Virus record (IMG/VR): IMGVR_UViG_3300044796_000141
Coordinates: 36,323-100,322 of that record
Strand: one strand, 5' to 3'
Length of the DNA stretch: 64,000 bases
Origin: a virus
The notes below the pieces were generated by a model. The model was given only the letters and a program-made list of their open reading frames with translations. It made no database searches and was not told the origin of the DNA. The translations under genes and the position numbers were made by a program. Shown here in pieces: positions 52,474-64,000 of this stretch (positions are counted from its first letter, which is position 1; each line of letters begins with the position of its first letter).

Positions 52474-52980
52474 AGGATAATCAAATGAAAGCTAAAAAGA
52501 AACCAGAAGTATCAATGCATTTAGAATTAGAAGGTAAAGTTTTTATTACAGAGAAACAAGGCAGAACGGTCTTGACTCGCGAAGAAATTGATGGTACAAC
52601 AGTATTGCAGGTCTTGATAGCTGCCATCAGCGAAGGGACACAACGCCTAGAAACGGACGCCAAGTTTCGTGCCGGGGCAGTCAGGGCTGTAAAAGCGAAG
52701 AAGAAGTAATGGATAGTATCAAGTGGCATAAAGAACTTACAGACGGCGTAGTATATAACTATTTTAAAAATAAAGATGATTTAGTTAACGCCAATTACTG
52801 TAAGAAGATGTTAAATATTGGTACGGGTAGTTTTAATAAAATTATAGAACATTTTGAGATTCAACCAATTATCAGAAGGGCTCCATATATTAATTTCGAC
52901 ACTAAACTCTATAGTCTTTCAAAAATGAAAGAAATTAAGGACAAGGTAGAAATTAAAAATAAACGAGTAGTTAAGTTTTT

Positions 52981-53613
52981 ATGAAAGTATGTTTAATTAG
53001 CGATACGCATGGTTATTTTCCTGACCTCCCCGATGCAGATATTCTTGTACATTGTGGTGATGCTACCAGTATGGGTTATGGCTACGAGCTTAGTCGTTTT
53101 GATGATTGGCTATTTTCTTTTAAAGACCAATATCAAGAAATTATCTTTGTCCCTGGCAATCACGATATCATGTTTGAAAAGAATCCAGAGACTGCAAGAG
53201 CTATTACCAAAAGTATGACTGTTCTTATTAATGAATCTATTACTATCAATGGTAAAAAGATTTATGGCAGTCCAATGACTCCTACCTTTGGACACGGCTG
53301 GGCTTTTAATAGAAATACCGGCGTTCAAATCCAAGCCGAGTGGGATAAAATTCCAGATGGCTTGGATTTATTAATTACGCATGGACCGCCATACAATATT
53401 TTAGATGTCAATAGAAATGGACAAAACTGTGGCTGTGTTCATTTAGATTACGCAGTCAAAAAGAAGAATCCGCGCTTCCATGCGTTTGGACATATTCACT
53501 TGGCTGAAAGTGATAAAAAAATTGAAGTGACGCCGAGCACGACCTATATTAATGCTGCAACCTGTAATGAAAGTTATAGACCAGTTAATCCTCCAATAGT
53601 AATCGAGATATAA
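52981..53613 (+). CDS. Calcineurin-like metallophosphoesterase
   Basis: ISDTHG...HCGDAT...VPGNHD...ITHGPP...GHIH. Confidence 0.9.
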   Translation: MKVCLISDTHGYFPDLPDADILVHCGDATSMGYGYELSRFDDWLFSFKDQYQEIIFVPGNHDIMFEKNPETARAITKSMTVLINESITINGKKIYGSPMTPTFGHGWAFNRNTGVQIQAEWDKIPDGLDLLITHGPPYNILDVNRNGQNCGCVHLDYAVKKKNPRFHAFGHIHLAESDKKIEVTPSTTYINAATCNESYRPVNPPIVIEI

Positions 53614-53986
53614 TATGATAAATAGAAATCGCGAAGAAGACCTATTAAAATTAGCCGATGAATTTATTAATAACTTAGAACGCGGCGATTGTGAATATGG
53701 CGGTTGGGGCCTAGATGACAAAAGACCATTTGGTAACTCAAGTGTTGCTTACGATATTGCAGAAATCATAGGAATTTCAGGTGATGAAGAGTTAACAGAC
53801 GAAGAACAAGAATATTGTCATTCCCTCTATGATGGACTTGGTAATTTTCTTCGTAAAAAATGGAATGAAATAAGAAAAAATGAAAAATAAAATTAAGCTT
53901 GCTTATGACTATTATTTCCATCATTGGATTTGGTGCGGTAGTTACAGATGTAAAAGAGAATATAAATTGAAACAAATGGAGATTAA

Positions 53987-54793
53987 ATGCTTTTCTTAAA
54001 CGATACCCTAGTTAAAGTTACAAAGTTTCCAGACGGAACCTCTCAAGTATGGCAACTGCCAGAACAACGCATTAAGAATGCAGAAATTAAGTGGGTCTTC
54101 CAAAGTGAAGATGAATTTATGCATCTTGCTCAACTCAAGGATTTAATGGATAAAGAAGGAGTTGAAACTTCATTAGTAATTACATATTTGCCATATGGAA
54201 GACAAGATAAAAAAGTAGATAACGGTCTTACCTTTGCTTTAAGAACATTTTCTTATTTGCTTAATTCGTTAGACTTTATAAGTGTTCTTATTCGCGACCC
54301 TCATAGCGAAATTGCTTTAGGATTAATTCATAACTCTAAAGCTTACTATTTGTCTCGTGAAGTATCTCAGTTATTTAAAGATACCAAAATGGACTTAATG
54401 TGCTTCCCAGATAAGGGTGCTCTTAACAAATATTCTTCAATTTATAAAGAAACTCCATACATCTATGGAGAAAAAGTTAGAGACCAACTGACTGGAAGAA
54501 TCACGAGCTATAAAGTTATCGGAAATGAAGCTATAGCCAATAAAAAGATTTTAATTGTTGATGATATCTGTGATGGTGGAGCAACTTTTAAATTATTAGC
54601 TGCCCAACTTATTAAGAATGGCGCGGCACAAGTTGATTTGTTTGTTTCTCACGGCCTATTTACGCAAGGACTTGAAGGGTTATGGACGGCTGGAATTAGT
54701 AATATATTTTGTTTTGATAAATTAAGAGATTCTATCATCACAAAAACTACAGAAGAAGAATTTGAAAAATATTCAAAATTGGCAGGAAACTAA
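53987..54793 (+). CDS. Ribose-phosphate pyrophosphokinase-like (Prs or Adps-like)
   Basis: LPYGRQDKK...IRDPHSE...KKILIVDDICDGGATF. Confidence 0.88.
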   Translation: MLFLNDTLVKVTKFPDGTSQVWQLPEQRIKNAEIKWVFQSEDEFMHLAQLKDLMDKEGVETSLVITYLPYGRQDKKVDNGLTFALRTFSYLLNSLDFISVLIRDPHSEIALGLIHNSKAYYLSREVSQLFKDTKMDLMCFPDKGALNKYSSIYKETPYIYGEKVRDQLTGRITSYKVIGNEAIANKKILIVDDICDGGATFKLLAAQLIKNGAAQVDLFVSHGLFTQGLEGLWTAGISNIFCFDKLRDSIITKTTEEEFEKYSKLAGN

Positions 54794-54795
54794 AA

Positions 54796-55263
54796 ATGCC
54801 TACTAAAGTTTATGAATCACCATCTAGAAGTTTTGATAAAAGCTTGTTTTTGGCAGGCGGAATTACAGGTTGCCCAGATTGGCAATCTGAAATAATTGAG
54901 CTATTAGATATTCCGGCTTGTAATCTTACAATCTACAATCCAAGAAGAGAAAATTTTCCTATTGGAGACCCTAATGCGGCAGAAAAGCAAATCATATGGG
55001 AATATGAACGATTAATGAAAGCCGATTTGGTTTCTTTTTGGTTTCCTTGTGAGACTCTGTGCCCAATTACTCTTTTTGAATTAGGTAAAATGTTGGGCAT
55101 CGGAAAAAATATAGAGGTTGGCTGCCATCCAAGCTACGGTAGAAAACAAGATATTGAAATACAAATGGAACTCACCTATGGTAAACCACCAGTAATTGCA
55201 CGCACAATTGAACACCTGGCAGATAATATTAAGAAAAACTTATTCAAAGGTAAAACAAGATGA
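54796..55263 (+). CDS. Nucleoside 2-deoxyribosyltransferase-like
   Basis: SLFLAGGITGCPDWQSEI...YNPRRENFP...DLVSFWF...TLFELG. Confidence 0.7.
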   Translation: MPTKVYESPSRSFDKSLFLAGGITGCPDWQSEIIELLDIPACNLTIYNPRRENFPIGDPNAAEKQIIWEYERLMKADLVSFWFPCETLCPITLFELGKMLGIGKNIEVGCHPSYGRKQDIEIQMELTYGKPPVIARTIEHLADNIKKNLFKGKTR

Positions 55264-55438
55264 AAATTGATGACTTGTACGCCCGCGCTCATTCGGCTGG
55301 CAATACGCCAACGACTTATGTCGTTACTGTATATGGTGGCGATTGGACTCAAAAGCAAGCAGATAAAATAGCAGATACCCTTAATCACATTTTGCCAAGC
55401 TTAAACTTCGACTTTAAAAAACAAAAAGGAAAAAAGAA

Positions 55439-56902
55439 ATGAAAACAGACCTATTATCACCGATGCTTATCGCGGACTTCTATAAGTTGTCCCACAGACT
55501 CCAATATCCAGTTAACACTGAGTTGGTTTATTCCACTTGGACACCGCGCGACAGTCGCATTCCAGAAATTAAGGAAGTTGTGGTCTTTGGTCATCAATCC
55601 TTCGTCAAAGAGTTTTTGATTGATTTTTTTAATGAAAATTTCTTTTCTCAGCCACTAGATAAAGTAAAGAATGATTATGCAAGAATTGTTAAATATGCGC
55701 TCGGCGTTGCAACCCCAGACACTTCACACATTGAAGAATTACACAATCTTGGTTATTTACCCCTTCTCATTAAGGCTTTGCCAGAAGGTACTCGTTCCCC
55801 TATACGCGTTCCTACCTTAACCATTCAAAATACTCATCCAAAGTTCTTTTGGTTGACCAACTATATTGAGACTTTAGCATCTTGTGAATTGTGGCCAAGC
55901 TACACCTCTGCTACGCTCGCTTATGAGTATAAGAAGGTTTTGGATAAGGCGGCTCTTAAAACGGTCGGTAATACGGAATTCGTTCCATTCCAAGGCCATG
56001 ACTTTTCAATGAGAGGTCTTAATGGTCTGAATGCGTCTACCAAGACCGGCATGGGTCATCTTCTCTCATTCGCTGGTACTGACACTATTCCTGCCATCTT
56101 AGCTGCTGAGTACTTCTACCATGCCAACGTGGAGAAAGAGCTTGTAGGCACGTCTATTCCCGCTACAGAGCACAGCGTTCAGTGTACCTATGGCGACGAT
56201 ATGAAGTATTTTACCAGAATGATTTCAGAAGTCCATCCTAGTGGCTTTGTCTCTATTGTTTCAGATGGATATGATTTTTGGGAAGTTATTAATGGTGTCC
56301 TCCCACAACTTAAAGATATGATTATGGCTCGTGATGGAAAGGTCGTCATCCGTCCAGATTCAGGCGACCCAGTTAAGATTGTTGCCGGTGACCCAGACGG
56401 AAAGACCCCATCCGAAGTTAAGGGCGCAATTGAATGCCTTTGGGAAATCTTTGGTGGTACTGTAAGCCCACAAGGCTACAAATGTCTCGATTCTCACATT
56501 GGTATGATTTATGGCGATGCGATTACCGTTGATAGAGCCAAGAGAATTACAGACCAACTTGCAGAAAAAGGCTTTGCCTCAACTAATATTGTGTTCGGTA
56601 TCGGTTCATTTACCTACCAATACAACACGAGAGATACCCTTGGTTTCGCGCTCAAGTCCACTGCTTGCGTCATTAATGGCGCAGAAAAGCAAATCTTCAA
56701 AGACCCAAAGACCGATAGTGGTATCAAGAAATCACAAAAGGGGCGCGTAGTTGTATTCCAAGACGGCGACAAGATTGCTTATAAAGACCAATGTTCACTC
56801 TCTCAAGAATACCCAGAAGACCTCTTGAAACCAATTTTTCAAGACGGAAAACTTCTTGTTGACGAAACTTTCGCAACAATTCGTGCTCGTCTAGCAAAGT
56901 AA
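55439..56902 (+). CDS. nadV: Nicotinamide phosphoribosyltransferase-like (NadV/NAMPT, or Namat-like)
   Basis: LIADFYKLSHRLQYP...STWTPRDSR...EHSVQCTYG...SDGYDFW...VIRPDSGDP...GDAIT...FGIGSFTYQYNTRDTLGFALKST. Confidence 0.9.
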   Translation: MKTDLLSPMLIADFYKLSHRLQYPVNTELVYSTWTPRDSRIPEIKEVVVFGHQSFVKEFLIDFFNENFFSQPLDKVKNDYARIVKYALGVATPDTSHIEELHNLGYLPLLIKALPEGTRSPIRVPTLTIQNTHPKFFWLTNYIETLASCELWPSYTSATLAYEYKKVLDKAALKTVGNTEFVPFQGHDFSMRGLNGLNASTKTGMGHLLSFAGTDTIPAILAAEYFYHANVEKELVGTSIPATEHSVQCTYGDDMKYFTRMISEVHPSGFVSIVSDGYDFWEVINGVLPQLKDMIMARDGKVVIRPDSGDPVKIVAGDPDGKTPSEVKGAIECLWEIFGGTVSPQGYKCLDSHIGMIYGDAITVDRAKRITDQLAEKGFASTNIVFGIGSFTYQYNTRDTLGFALKSTACVINGAEKQIFKDPKTDSGIKKSQKGRVVVFQDGDKIAYKDQCSLSQEYPEDLLKPIFQDGKLLVDETFATIRARLAK

Positions 56903-57252
56903 ATCTTTCTTTCAGATTTAAAAAAATTAGTTATATGTGATGTAAAAACAATTTAGGGGGCTCTATGCAGATGGCCTTATTCGGAAAACCTAAAGAACCT
57001 AAACAGCCTGCTACTGTTCTTATTGTACAAACCACCTGTCCCTTTGATTGTCTGCCAGAAGCTCCTATTAGGGTTTTGCGCGATGAAGTAGTTTGGGGCA
57101 AGGGCTACATCCATTGTGTCTGCGAAAGCTGCCAAAAACGATTTACAAGACAAATAGACCCTAGAAAAAACATCGACGCCTATCTAGATAAACATTTCAA
57201 GCCTATTATTTAAATAATATATCTATTTCAACTAGACTATAGTAATTATTAT

Positions 57253-57899
57253 ATGTCTGGATTAATTTACAAAGCAACAAGTCCAAATGGAAAAATTTAT
57301 ATTGGACAAACTTCAAGAACTCTTGAAAAAAGAATAAAATATCATAAGTACGATTCTAAAAAACAAAGAACGCATCATCTAAAATTTTATAGAGCCATAA
57401 CAAAATATGGAATCGATAACTTTAGATGGGAAATTATAGAAGATAATATTGATGAAAATTTATTAGATATAAAAGAATGCGAATGGATAGAAAAATACAA
57501 CTCTCATAAAGAAGGATATAATTCTACGATTGGCGGAAATTCTCAACATATGAGAAAAAATCCTCCTTCTAAAAATCCAATAACCGCCAAAAAGATATCC
57601 AATGCTCTTAAGGGAACAAAAAAAACAAAAGAACATTGTGAAAATATATCTCAAACAAAAAAAGAAATGTTCGCGAAAGGACTGTTAACAAATCCAATGA
57701 AAGGAAAACATCACTCAGAGGATTCAAAAAAGAAAATTCAAAATACAAAGAAAAATAAAATAAAAATTAAATGCAATGAAACTCGGAATTGTATTTGAAA
57801 GCATACACGAAGCCGCAAGAAAAATGAACATTCCTCAACCAAACTTATCAAAGTATCTTCAATTTAGAGAACAAGGAAAAGGAAAACACTGTAGAGGAT

Positions 57900-57922
<23 letters not shown>
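57253..57922 (+). CDS. GIY-YIG homing endonuclease with NUMOD-like C-terminus, CGG +1 shift site
   Basis: GLIYKATSPNGKIYIGQTSRTLEKRI...KGKHHSEDSKKK...KCNETG|IVFESIHEAARKMNIPQPNLSKYLQFREQGKGKHCRGFTFSKIV* (skip C57784). Confidence 0.88.
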
Positions 57923-58411
<489 letters not shown>

Positions 58412-58415
<4 letters not shown>

Positions 58416-58594
58416 GACGCCTCTTCTCTTCGTGCATTGTAATCTAACAAATTAAGTAAGTCTTTTTTAAGGAAGTTTAGGATATCCATATCTTCGTCTT
58501 GGATAGGCGCATGGTTTACATATTGAATTATTTCTACTATTAATTTTACCAATTCTATTCTAAGTGCCAGTTCTGTATTGTCTGGTTCTTCCAT
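58412..58594 (-). CDS. Small hypothetical protein
   Basis: ORF track; stop overlaps ATG of the downstream endonuclease. Confidence 0.6.
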
Positions 58595-59044
58595 TTATTC
58601 TTCGTCCCCATCTACCATTCCTTTTACGGGCGTAAAACCTTCTCTACGGCCCGTACAGCAGGCTTCGCATGAAGTTATGAACCACGAGCCACGTGAGCGC
58701 AAGACGCCTTCCTTACCACATGATTCACAAACCTTAGCAGACAAATGTTCCGCTTTGGTAATTAATTCTTCCATTTCGTCGGTGCTATAATCCATATAGA
58801 AACGCAACGTGGCATACTTCTCTTTTACTTGTGAAGCTCTAGCATGAACATTCTTATCCTCAAGCTCAGCAAGCTGCTTCAGTATTAAACCTTCCAGCTT
58901 TGAAGACAATTCGTCTATAAGTTGATACCAACCGTCATCTACTTCCAGACCCCAATGCATGCAGCTCTCTCTCATACTTTTATCTTTGTTGGAATAAAGT
59001 AATGGATATTTTCTATAAATTTCGTCTTGTAGTTCTTTTTTCAT
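58595..59044 (-). CDS. Hypothetical protein with zinc ribbon
   Basis: AKVCESCGKEGVLRSRGSWFITSCEACCTG; start likely MKKELQDE. Confidence 0.65.
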   Translation of the reverse strand: MKKELQDEIYRKYPLLYSNKDKSMRESCMHWGLEVDDGWYQLIDELSSKLEGLILKQLAELEDKNVHARASQVKEKYATLRFYMDYSTDEMEELITKAEHLSAKVCESCGKEGVLRSRGSWFITSCEACCTGRREGFTPVKGMVDGDEE

Positions 59045-59045
59045 T

Positions 59046-59738
59046 TTAAAATTCCTTTTCTTCGGCGTATGGCTCCGTGTATATTTTATAATTATCTTTG
59101 CCCTGCCAATGTAAGGCAACTAATTCTTGTTTGGAAGAGCTATCAATGCACATTCCAAAAACTTTGCCGTCTCCACCCTTATATTCTCTCATTTGCCAAT
59201 TGTGACCATGAACCATAAACTTATCTTGTGGTTTGCGTGGCATCATACGATTCCATATAAATGAATAGTCGTCAATTCCTATATGTTTCCACTCTCTTGA
59301 AAATCTATCTTTTGGAATATTCTTAAGAGATGTAATAGGCGCATGAGAAACAAATAGCTCTTCATCTTCCCAATAAAGTGGGCGCTTGCCTAGCCATTCA
59401 ACAACTTCAGCAGGAACATCAAAAGCGTCTGGATTTTCTAATGTTGCATAGGATTTTAACGTGTATCCACCACCGTTGTGCAACCAACAATCCATTACGT
59501 CGCGCGAACTATTAGCATCAGTTCCGCCACAGCTTTCCCACATCATAGCGTCATGATTACCCATAAGCGCTTCGGCATTGGGCGTTTTCATGAAATATTC
59601 AATAACGCGAGCGGAATCTGGACCTCTATCACAAAGGTCACCCACGGCCAATATTAAATCGACCTTGGGGCACTTAGCAATAAGTTTCATTAAAGAAACA
59701 TACTGTCCAGCGATATCGCCAATTATTAACATATTCAT
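59046..59738 (-). CDS. PP1-like serine/threonine metallophosphatase
   Basis: IIGDIAGQ...VGDLCDRGPDS...MGNHDAM...FMVHGHN. Confidence 0.85.
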   Translation of the reverse strand: MNMLIIGDIAGQYVSLMKLIAKCPKVDLILAVGDLCDRGPDSARVIEYFMKTPNAEALMGNHDAMMWESCGGTDANSSRDVMDCWLHNGGGYTLKSYATLENPDAFDVPAEVVEWLGKRPLYWEDEELFVSHAPITSLKNIPKDRFSREWKHIGIDDYSFIWNRMMPRKPQDKFMVHGHNWQMREYKGGDGKVFGMCIDSSSKQELVALHWQGKDNYKIYTEPYAEEKEF

Positions 59739-60286
59739 TTCATCACCTCTTCAATCTTTAAGAACTTTTTAAAAGAGTTCCTAAAAAACAACATAAGAGA
59801 CGCAGTATTTTGCGCGTCTATCAATGCATTATGTGCTCTACCTTCGAACTTAATATCAAACAATTCCATAGTCTTTTTAAGACCACCTGTCTGCTTAGAT
59901 TGAGAAAATGCAGTTCTTAGAAGAGTTGCCATTTCCTTCAAGTTAAGAAATCTCATTTTGTCTGGATATCTAACTTGATTTTTTTTTGACTCTTCGATTA
60001 TGTAAAAATGGTCAGTACCCCATGAGCAAATATTCTTACAACCCATGTCATCAGTCCATTTCCAAAAATTAGTCAATACTTCTGAACATTGTTGAGCGCC
60101 ATCTACTTCATGTTGTTTAATGCCAGTCAATTCAGTAATAAACTCAGTCAATGGTTCATTTGGATTTGCAAATTGGTCAAATACAGCAAGTGTCTTTTCT
60201 GACGTTAAATCAATGCACACGCCTGCTAATTGTATTAGCGCTTTGCTTGGTTGCGCCATTTCGCAATCGATTACTATATACTTCAC
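59735..60286 (-). CDS. DEDD-family 3'-5' exonuclease
   Basis: YIVIDCEMA...LTGI...WGTDHFYI...RAHNALIDAQNTA. Confidence 0.75.
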   Translation of the reverse strand: MKYIVIDCEMAQPSKALIQLAGVCIDLTSEKTLAVFDQFANPNEPLTEFITELTGIKQHEVDGAQQCSEVLTNFWKWTDDMGCKNICSWGTDHFYIIEESKKNQVRYPDKMRFLNLKEMATLLRTAFSQSKQTGGLKKTMELFDIKFEGRAHNALIDAQNTASLMLFFRNSFKKFLKIEEVMK

Positions 60287-60709
60287 TCGTTTTTTGCCTT
60301 TTCTAACATTTCTAAATGTTTTCTAATCCAGCGCATAAAAAATATTCCCTTATCAACTGCCATAAAAGTCGCTTCATTGGTATCTGCGATTGGCACAGGA
60401 AATAATAGTCCGCTCTCCGTAAGATAATACAGATTGCCATTTTTATAATATGTAAAAACTGCCTTACCTTGAATATGTTCTTTCATTTTGGTGGCTCCGG
60501 TAATTCTATTTTAGACCAATGCGTATAAGCATCTGTATCTTTGATGCACATTTCGCCATTCTGTCCTTTTCCAATACATAAATCATAAGGTTTAGGATAG
60601 CCTGTAGATTCTACTTCAAATATTTCTATTTTAGGAGGCCAACCTTTATGATTATAATACACATAGTACCAGCCTGGTTCGGTAGGCTTTTCTGTAGTCC
60701 ATTTAGTTT

Positions 60710-61030
60710 TCATTTTATTAACTTAATCATTGCTACGCCAAATCCTACTACAAGTCCAACACAATAAAAACTAAAATCTGTAATATTATCTAAATTGGTT
60801 TGTTTTGGAATTTCATAGTTAGCATCGTACCAAAACTCTTTAATTGCCGCATAAGTAGTTAAAGCACTAGCAAATATACCAAGCCATAAAAAGCTTGTAT
60901 TACTGAAGTATGCTACCGTGAGCATCAGAGCGTAGCCGGCAAGGGAATGTCCTATTTGGGCCAATACATCAGCGTTATTCATCCAACTATTGGTTAAAAT
61001 CTTTTTCCAGTCAATCATATTCTTCTCCAT
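60710..61030 (-). CDS. Predicted membrane protein
   Basis: Multiple hydrophobic segments. Confidence 0.6.
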   Translation of the reverse strand: MEKNMIDWKKILTNSWMNNADVLAQIGHSLAGYALMLTVAYFSNTSFLWLGIFASALTTYAAIKEFWYDANYEIPKQTNLDNITDFSFYCVGLVVGFGVAMIKLIK

Positions 61031-61481
61031 TTATACTTATTGCAATTTTTACAATATCTATCTTGAATAATTGCATCAAAGATTTCCCCACTAATATTTG
61101 ATTGAACTTTTCTATCCTGATTACTGCTCCATGGATGAAAATTATGAAATTCAAAGAAGCATAAAATATTTTGTATCATACTTTTTTCTCAAAAACATAA
61201 TCTAGTTGTATTTGGCCCATTTCTTGAGCAGCCTTATACATATCTTGACCTTCTTTGGTATTTTTAATAAAGTCTTCCCATGTTTTGGAAGCTTTGCGGA
61301 GGCGTTGATTTCGTTGTTTGCGAGATTCTTTTTTAGCGTTCACGATTTTCGCTTTCTTTAAGAAATTCATTTAGCCAATCGCTAAATTCTTTTAGGATTT
61401 GCATATTTTTTGCTAAGTTTGCGTCTTGCTCTGCTCTATGCTTTAAGCATTTAGTATGCTCATCACATATGCATTTTCTAT

Positions 61482-61739
61482 CTACTGACACTCTATTGGT
61501 TCTTTTGGAATGAACTTTTCGCACCCAGGAATTGATTTTAGCGTTGCATCAATACACGCAACAACACAAGTCAATCTAGTGCAGCGGTCTTCTATTGTAC
61601 CACAATTACTAATTGCGCAAGCTTTGGCTTTTGCCAATTGTCCATCATTAAAACAGTCAGTCAAAGCAACTACTTTAACAGGTTGTCTAACTGTAGCGCA
61701 ACTCAACATCAATACAAATGCAGATAATATCTTTTTCAT
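61482..61739 (-). CDS. Cys-rich lipoprotein
   Basis: MKKILSAFVLMLSCAT lipobox. Confidence 0.6.
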   Translation of the reverse strand: MKKILSAFVLMLSCATVRQPVKVVALTDCFNDGQLAKAKACAISNCGTIEDRCTRLTCVVACIDATLKSIPGCEKFIPKEPIECQ

Positions 61740-61793
61740 TTTTTCACCTTATTATATGATTACCATAGCAAAAACTACAGCGAAAGTCAAGAA

Positions 61794-62495
61794 CTATGAT
61801 TTTGGAGGGGTATAAAAACTTTGGACCGAGGTTTCACCCAAAGTATAATTGGCGTATAATTGCGAAGTGGATTGCGCTCTTAATACGTTATTTGCACTCA
61901 TACCAGCCGCAGACGCTACGAATACTGAAGTATTTCCATATGGAATATTAAGAGTTTGAGAAATGTGGGCCAAATCTTGATTTGCTCCGGCGTAAGTTAC
62001 AGTTGCCTTTCCGGTTGCCTGTAAAGCCCTCAGTTCGTCTGCTACTCTCGCGGAAGACCACGCTCTAGAACAATTCTCTGCACCGTCTGATATAATTAAC
62101 ATCAATACGGTTACGCCTGGGTCATTAATGTCAGGTCTAGCCTTCAATAATTCAATTGCCTTGCCAACACCATCATACATTGCAGTCATTGAATTTGGCG
62201 TATATGTATTTCTATCCAAATCCTTGACAGTATCTAGCTTTTCATTTTGAAATACAACTGACACTTCTGAGGAAAACTTTACCAAGTCAACTACTACTTC
62301 GATTTTGCCCGAAGTGGCTTTGACGGCCTTAACTTGTTCATTAAAGGCGCTAATTGCCTGGTCACGAATAGTTTCCATTGACGAACTCTCATCAAGTACC
62401 ATCATAAGGTAATTCTTTGTAATTGCTGGCTTTTTTGCCTTTTTGACAGGTGGCGCTCTTACTACTCTTCTTTTTGCTACTTTCTTTGTTCTCAT
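61794..62495 (-). CDS. von Willebrand factor A domain protein
   Basis: MMVLDESSSM (DxSxS MIDAS), ...LIISDGAEN. Confidence 0.85.
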   Translation of the reverse strand: MRTKKVAKRRVVRAPPVKKAKKPAITKNYLMMVLDESSSMETIRDQAISAFNEQVKAVKATSGKIEVVVDLVKFSSEVSVVFQNEKLDTVKDLDRNTYTPNSMTAMYDGVGKAIELLKARPDINDPGVTVLMLIISDGAENCSRAWSSARVADELRALQATGKATVTYAGANQDLAHISQTLNIPYGNTSVFVASAAGMSANNVLRAQSTSQLYANYTLGETSVQSFYTPPKS

Positions 62496-62524
62496 TTAAA
62501 ATCTCCTTAAGATTCGTATATTTT

Positions 62525-62599
<75 letters not shown>

Positions 62600-64000
62600 A
62601 TCTATAATTATAACACAGTGCATTATTTTTGTCAACTATTTTGGTAAGCGCGCTTCTATAATTTCTTTAGCGGAAAGCAAGCCTTTTTCATGGCCGCGCC
62701 CAAAGGCACTTTCATATCCTTCTTCACAAAAAGTATTGTCAATTTTTTCTTCTAGTGCTTTAATTAATTCTTCAATTAATTCTTTGCGAACGTCTTTAAT
62801 GCCTTGAGTTAAAGTATCAATATTATTTAATAATGAATATTTTTCTTCAGGTATATCATCGTTGAGCCAAATGGCCTCAAATGCATCATATATTTCTTCA
62901 GCCCACTCTTTTGATAGTTTCATTTTGTTTTATTCCATTCGCGAACAATCATAATCGCAATACACATAACGTCTTGTTCTTTACGTTTCATGCTGTCTGC
63001 TGTATCAGCGAGACAATCTTCTAATTCTTGGCGCATCTCTTCGCGCACTTCATTAATAACGTTCGTAACACTCGAAACTTTATCTTTTGAAGCCTCTATC
63101 GCTTCGCAGGCCCATTCATAAGATGTTTTCATATTAAGTCCATAGCGCCTGTCTAACTTTAATTACTCTAATAAGCATTTCAGTTTCTTCGTCTGTATAA
63201 AATTTTTCTAAAGCCAATCTTTCTGCAATTGATATTTTTCTATTGTGTATTGCCCAAAATCTTTTTTCTTGGTCATGTTTCAAATATATATCTTTATACC
63301 AGAGATATACTTCTTTCATTTCTTTGGAACACCAACCTTGAGTCATTTCATGATTAATTTGCAAGTCGCCTTGGGTTTGGCAACCATTATCATCCAAATC
63401 CATTCTTAATTCAATATCTTTTTCAAGAGCTTCTAAACCTAACTCTCTGCCGTGCTTTTTGCAGTATTGAATTTCTGTCATATACCATGGAACTTTTGCA
63501 AGCTCTTCTTTGTTACAACAAAAATATTGCCAGGCTTGCTCAAATTCAATAAATTGCACCAATAAATCAAAGATGGCATGAGTCAATACATGGTCTGCGT
63601 CGTAATAGCCCGGTTTAAGACTAGTAACTTTAATTTCATTATACTTATGAGTAGTACGATATTTAATCCACCAATGGGCCTCTTTAATTGCTTTAAATGG
63701 TTGCGTTCTCCCAAACCACCTACGAACATTATACGTAAATTCAAACCAATCTAATTTTTTCATTTATTCACCCATCTTTGGTTTAATTATATCTTTAATT
63801 AATTTATGTACGACATCTTCTTGTTTATTTAAAAACGGAAAAATAAGTCTAAAATGTCTGAATTTGTAGGCATTATCACGCAAAAATAATCCTACGGTCT
63901 TATTGTACTCTTCTCCGGCTTTAACAGGAGGCAATTGATGTTTTTGTTCATCGACGGCATCAATATATACTCTTGTGTGCGCTAATTCAAGTTCTTTCTT

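Overview
This 64 kb window looks like part of a large, AT-rich phage or phage-like element. It is densely packed with small genes, has four tRNAs with encoded CCA ends, and carries many homing-endonuclease-type genes. The most unusual signal is a candidate quadruplet-decoding (+1 frameshift) system. At least 14 in-frame CGG codons in 8 genes interrupt otherwise intact proteins. In each case, skipping the C (reading CGGN as Gly) restores the frame and rebuilds a recognisable protein: GIY-YIG+AP2, GIY-YIG+NUMOD, two endonuclease VII-like genes, an HNH gene, a Vsr/DUF559-like endonuclease, a Dam-type methylase and a short Gly-rich protein. The same window encodes a tRNA-Gly (62526..62599, minus) whose 7-nt anticodon loop reads C-U-[U-C-C-G]-A. 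This has G37 where A37 is usual, and UCCG is the exact complement of CGGA (CGGN with wobble). Other notable systems are: (i) a compact ubiquitin-like conjugation cassette at 45.3-49.2 kb (Ubl ending in GGR, E2-like, JAB/JAMM, ThiF/E1, second E2-like); (ii) two complete type II hammerhead ribozymes at 9787..9841 and 12213..12273; (iii) adjacent Prs-like and NAMPT-like genes, compatible with an NAD+ reconstitution pathway, plus NadE; (iv) a pseudoknotted RNA element before an HTH gene; (v) three metzincin-like lipoproteins and many other lipoproteins; (vi) dispersed paralogous small protein families. All calls were made by eye; no database or folding program was run.
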